From positions 1-64,000 of the forward strand of contig JABANN010000066.1 of the NCBI GenBank assembly GCA_013115125.1: a stretch of DNA of 64,000 nucleotides, given 5' to 3'. Origin of the DNA: Perkinsus olseni (Eukaryota). Numbering within the stretch: the stretch's first letter is position 1; every line of letters begins with the position of its first letter. Position numbers and translations under genes: made by a program. This document shows positions 60,135 through 64,000 of the stretch, in pieces. The notes beneath the pieces are model-generated. The model did not search any database, was not told where the DNA came from, and saw nothing but the letters and a program-made list of their open reading frames with translations.

Positions 60135-61433
60135 ATGAATCCGACCAGCGACACTCACTGTAGACGGGGCCTTTACCTGGCGGTCTATTTGGGCTCCCTT
60201 ATCGTTGGCTATCTTTACCTCTACTTCACCGAGGAGCAGTATATCCCCCTTGGCCTACCAGTCAACCATACTCACTCGTCATCAGAGTGTCTTAACTTGT
60301 CGCAGCACATACTGCGAGACGACGACTCAGTGTTCCAAAGGAAAGCGGGCAGGCCCTATGTCATTGACCTCGGCTTCGCACATGGACTAGGGCACAAGTT
60401 AGAACTGCAAATGCTGGCGATGGCCGCCGGTCTTCGCGGGAAGGGTCGTTTCGTCGGAGCACTATGGACAGCCGAGAGCGGCAGTGGCGAGCACACTGAT
60501 ATGATCACAGCCGCTCCTCTGCTGGGCAAGTTATGGGGAGGAAACTTCTCCGATGAGGCTGCTCCTGAGCTCGTGAGTGCGGCAAGATACTCCCCTCTGG
60601 AGGACGGCTCCTGTCCACGGCGGCAGGCGGGAAAGAGAGTGCAAGGCGAGTCCGGTGTCGCGGGGGCAACGCTTGACGAAATGGCATCCTTCCTAGGCGA
60701 GGGTCGTCTCGCTATCATCTGTCCCTGGTTCGATAAGAACGCCGGAGGGACTCCGTTACCGGGTGAAGAGCTAATGGTGCGAAAGTGGATGAGGTCACGG
60801 ATTGTGAAGGAGGGCAAGGGACAGTCGTTCTTTGTGGACGGTACTGATGATATCCTCATTGCTGTCCATATAAGACGCGGTGATCTGCTCAATCGGCAAC
60901 AGCATCGAATGACTCGGAACCACTTCTTCGTCAACGTGGTGGCGCATGTTTTGACAGAGCTAGCCGCTAAGAGGCCAGCACAGGTTGTCGTCGTGAGCGA
61001 GACCTGGAGGGACGGTGGCCATGAATGCAGCCGGGAGAAGAAGTTGTGCAACCACCTAGGCCAATCCGTAAACTTCGAAGCGTCTTTACGGAAGCAAGTC
61101 GCTGACCTTGGCCACCAATATGGCAGATGGCAAGTCAGAGTTCACCTGGATTCTGATACCGCCCGATCGTTCTTGACGCTAGTATCAGCAGATTTACTAG
61201 TTCTGTCGAGCAGTGGGTATAGCGCATGGGCAGGGCTCTTGAGTACCGGCATTGCCCTCTACCCCGCAGACGCCAAGTCTCAGAGCGTTATGCGTCGTAT
61301 GAGATCGCAGGCCGTCAGCTCTCTCCCGGTCCAGTCGGGTGATGGATGGAATCGAGAAGCCATTGCGCGTGAATGGTCACGATATGAAGAGTGTCCAGCA
61401 AGAAAGAGGATTCGTCTAGCCATCGTCCGATGA
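60135..61433 (+). CDS. Type II membrane glycosyltransferase-like protein (GT11/fucosyltransferase-like), intronless
   Basis: Single N-terminal TM segment, GLGHKL, IAVHIRRGD (GDP-fucose-binding HxRRGD motif), SSSGYSAWAGLL. Confidence 0.7.
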   Translation: MNPTSDTHCRRGLYLAVYLGSLIVGYLYLYFTEEQYIPLGLPVNHTHSSSECLNLSQHILRDDDSVFQRKAGRPYVIDLGFAHGLGHKLELQMLAMAAGLRGKGRFVGALWTAESGSGEHTDMITAAPLLGKLWGGNFSDEAAPELVSAARYSPLEDGSCPRRQAGKRVQGESGVAGATLDEMASFLGEGRLAIICPWFDKNAGGTPLPGEELMVRKWMRSRIVKEGKGQSFFVDGTDDILIAVHIRRGDLLNRQQHRMTRNHFFVNVVAHVLTELAAKRPAQVVVVSETWRDGGHECSREKKLCNHLGQSVNFEASLRKQVADLGHQYGRWQVRVHLDSDTARSFLTLVSADLLVLSSSGYSAWAGLLSTGIALYPADAKSQSVMRRMRSQAVSSLPVQSGDGWNREAIAREWSRYEECPARKRIRLAIVR

Positions 61434-61936
61434 TACTGATGAGCATGCCCACATGTACCATTCGACTGTCTCTATGATACTGATAATGGTCGATTAGTTT
61501 TGAGTTTTCTGAAGCGGGGTGGAAGGCATCCTCGACAGGCTGCTGCTCGTAAAAGCCCCCTCGCTTGTGTAGGCTCCATCGAGCGTGCCTCTGGGTCCAT
61601 TTGTGCGGTCATTTTGGTGTTGACTGCTACATGGATGGTTTGCTTTTGCTGCATACATTGATCCCGATCAGCAATCAGAACCAAGTACATGATGACAGTA
61701 CATCCTGGTTTGAGATGAAGACAACGTGACGTCTCGCGCAGTAGAGGAAGTGAACTGATCAGCTCTGTTGGCTAGCGGCCCGCATTCGCGCCTAGCCCGG
61801 GCCCCATCTTTACTTGGCCTCCCGACTTCTTACGTCGCATTCCGAAGACAGAACTGAGGCGGGACGACTACATGCATCCAGCTTTCGTCCGTACCTCTTG
61901 ACTTCATCAAAGCAGATTTTTTGTGCACCTCCGACC

Positions 61937-64000
61937 ATGGTTCCGAGTCTCCTGATTTGGCTCGCTTGCACCACCTCGGTCGTCCTAGCTGCCGAGAAGC
62001 CGAGGTCAGTCGGAGCCCCCAGATCCCTGGTTCGCTACTCTCAAGTACGTGGGAGGCCCTATAAAGTCTCCTACGACTCGAGAGCCTTTACGATCGACTA
62101 CAACCGCACCCTTCTCCTGGGAGGTTCCGTGCACTACCCTCGTCTTGCAATGGAAGACTGGGGACCTATGCTCAAGAACATGGCTCTGGATGGTTTGAAT
62201 CACGTTCAGCTGTATGTCTTCTGGAACGTCCACGAGCCTGAAGCGCCCCAGTATGATCCTGCCACTAAAACTTACAAGCACACGTACGACTTGGAAGGGC
62301 GTGCGGACTTGGCAAAATTTATAAAGTTGGCTGGTGACAATGATCTTTTTGTTGACGTTAGAATCGGCCCCTACGTCTTTGCCGAGTTCACTTTTGGAGG
62401 TATTCCGGTGTGGACCAAGGACATCCCCGGCATGTGTTACAGATCCATTTGTGGTTGGCACGCTGGGGCGCCTGAGACCTGCGAGCCTTGGAAGACCGGA
62501 AGCACTGCGGGTTGCGATCCATGGAGGCAGCAGATGGCCGACTTTGTACTTTTTATAACAGATCTTATAAACAAAAATGGACTTAGTGCTGAACAAGGTG
62601 GCCCTGTCATTATGGCACAGATTGAAAATGAGTTTCACTATAACGAACCAGTCGGACAAGCTTACGTGGCTTGGTGTGGCAAACTGGCAGCCAACAGCAA
62701 TTTGAATGTACCGTGGGTCATGTGTAATGGTATGTCGGCCAAGGAGACGCTTAACGTATGTAACGCAGATGATTGTGAAGGTTACGTCGCTTGGCACGAC
62801 AAGCAGTGGCCCGATCAGCCACTCGGATGGACCGAGGACGAGGGCTGGTTCATCACTTGGGATCCTTACTATTATCTGGCCAACTTCGACAGACCCCCGC
62901 AGGAGATGGCCTATGTTGTAGCGAAGTGGGTCGCCCTTGGTGGCAGTCATCACAACTACTACATGTGGTACGGTGGCAACCATATAGGGCAGTGGGGTGC
63001 AGCCTCTTTGACTAATGGCTACGCCCAAGGTGTCAATATCCTCATCAATGGCCTCCCTCATGAACCCAAGAAGTCTCACCTAGCAAGGCTTCACAAGGTC
63101 CTTGGCGCTCTCAACGGCGAGCTTATGAGCGTCGTGGACCGGCGTAGTATCAAACCACAGGACCTTGGGAATGACGTCCAGATGTATCAATGGACGGACA
63201 CCCTCGGGTTCATCCATCGTCCGGCGTGCTCGGGGTATCCGACTTATGTTTACTTTAAAAACCAGAGATATATGGTATCATGTCAAGAAGTCTTGATCGT
63301 CAATCCTCAGGATGGTACGGTGTATTACGCTTCAGCGGAAGTACTGCCTGGAGGGGCTATACAAACCAAGGTTGTGGCAAAGCTGAGCTCGTGGACGGCG
63401 GCACCGGAGAAGTTCCGTCGCGGCATGGGAGTTCGTAAGAGTACCTATCCCGTGGACCAGCTCAGCATCACTGGCCTCGACACCGACTACGTTCTGTATA
63501 AAACCTCGCTCAAGAGCCCAGCGGACAGGTCCGTGGAGCTCACCATTGCATCGAGCTGGTCACAAGCCTTTTATATTTCGATCAATGGTGGCAAGTCTTA
63601 TGAGACAACCATCATGAACATCAACAAGGGCGCTACCAAGTGGAAAGCCACAGCGACTCTGATGGGAGTGCAAGCTGGACCTTATACACCTACGACCTCC
63701 TTTATATTCTATCTGAGAGTCTTGGCGGCATTGAGAATGGCAACGTGGAGTCAGGACTGGCCTCCATGGAGCCTTCCCTCAACAAAGGGATAATCGGGAA
63801 TGTCACTGTGGACGGCGGCAGGTCCATCTATGAAGGCGAGTGGACCATGGTCAAAGGCCTTGACGGGGAGGAGGTCCCGAGAGCTCCCAGAGACGGGCCT
63901 ACTCAATTCATGAACACCAATCCCAAGGTCCCCACATGGTTCCACACCAAGTTCGATCTGCCTCGCTGGAAGAGAACGGAGTGGGGGGTGAGGTCGGTGT
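61937..64000 (+). CDS. Secreted GH35 beta-galactosidase, intronless, frameshift near 63690, runs off window end
   Basis: GSVHYPR, YVFWNVHEP, RIGPYVFAE, GGPVIMAQIENEF, WTEDEGWF, NYYMWYGG; homology continues in another frame after ~63690. Confidence 0.92.

Noticed and set aside
60356-63079. Long minus-strand ORFs (231 aa, 357 aa)
   Set aside because: Antisense shadows of the GT11-like and GH35 genes.

Overview
Gene-dense eukaryotic nuclear DNA with many short GT-AG introns (often 40-70 nt). Intron size, gene content and lineage-specific intronless secreted proteins suggest a Perkinsus-like alveolate (inference, no search run). Intron-rich genes: RPB6, NOL10, TSR1, a probable TFIIA large subunit, an ABCD half-transporter with a degenerate ATPase site, cysteine synthase, an apparently truncated class II-like HDAC, MSH4, a TPR protein, an SV2-like MFS transporter, eIF3g and a uridine kinase-UPRT fusion. 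Intronless genes: an aspartyl protease, a Cys-rich repeat protein, several small secreted proteins, two EamA transporters, a GT11-like protein and a GH35 beta-galactosidase. Mobile or duplicated DNA includes a Ty3/gypsy relic, a 390-bp MITE-like element and several local duplications. The most unusual signal is recurrent tRNA 3'-half (T-arm/B-box) fragments resembling different isotypes inside short spliceosomal introns of unrelated genes. Exon boundaries were placed by eye and are approximate; family calls rest on remembered motifs.
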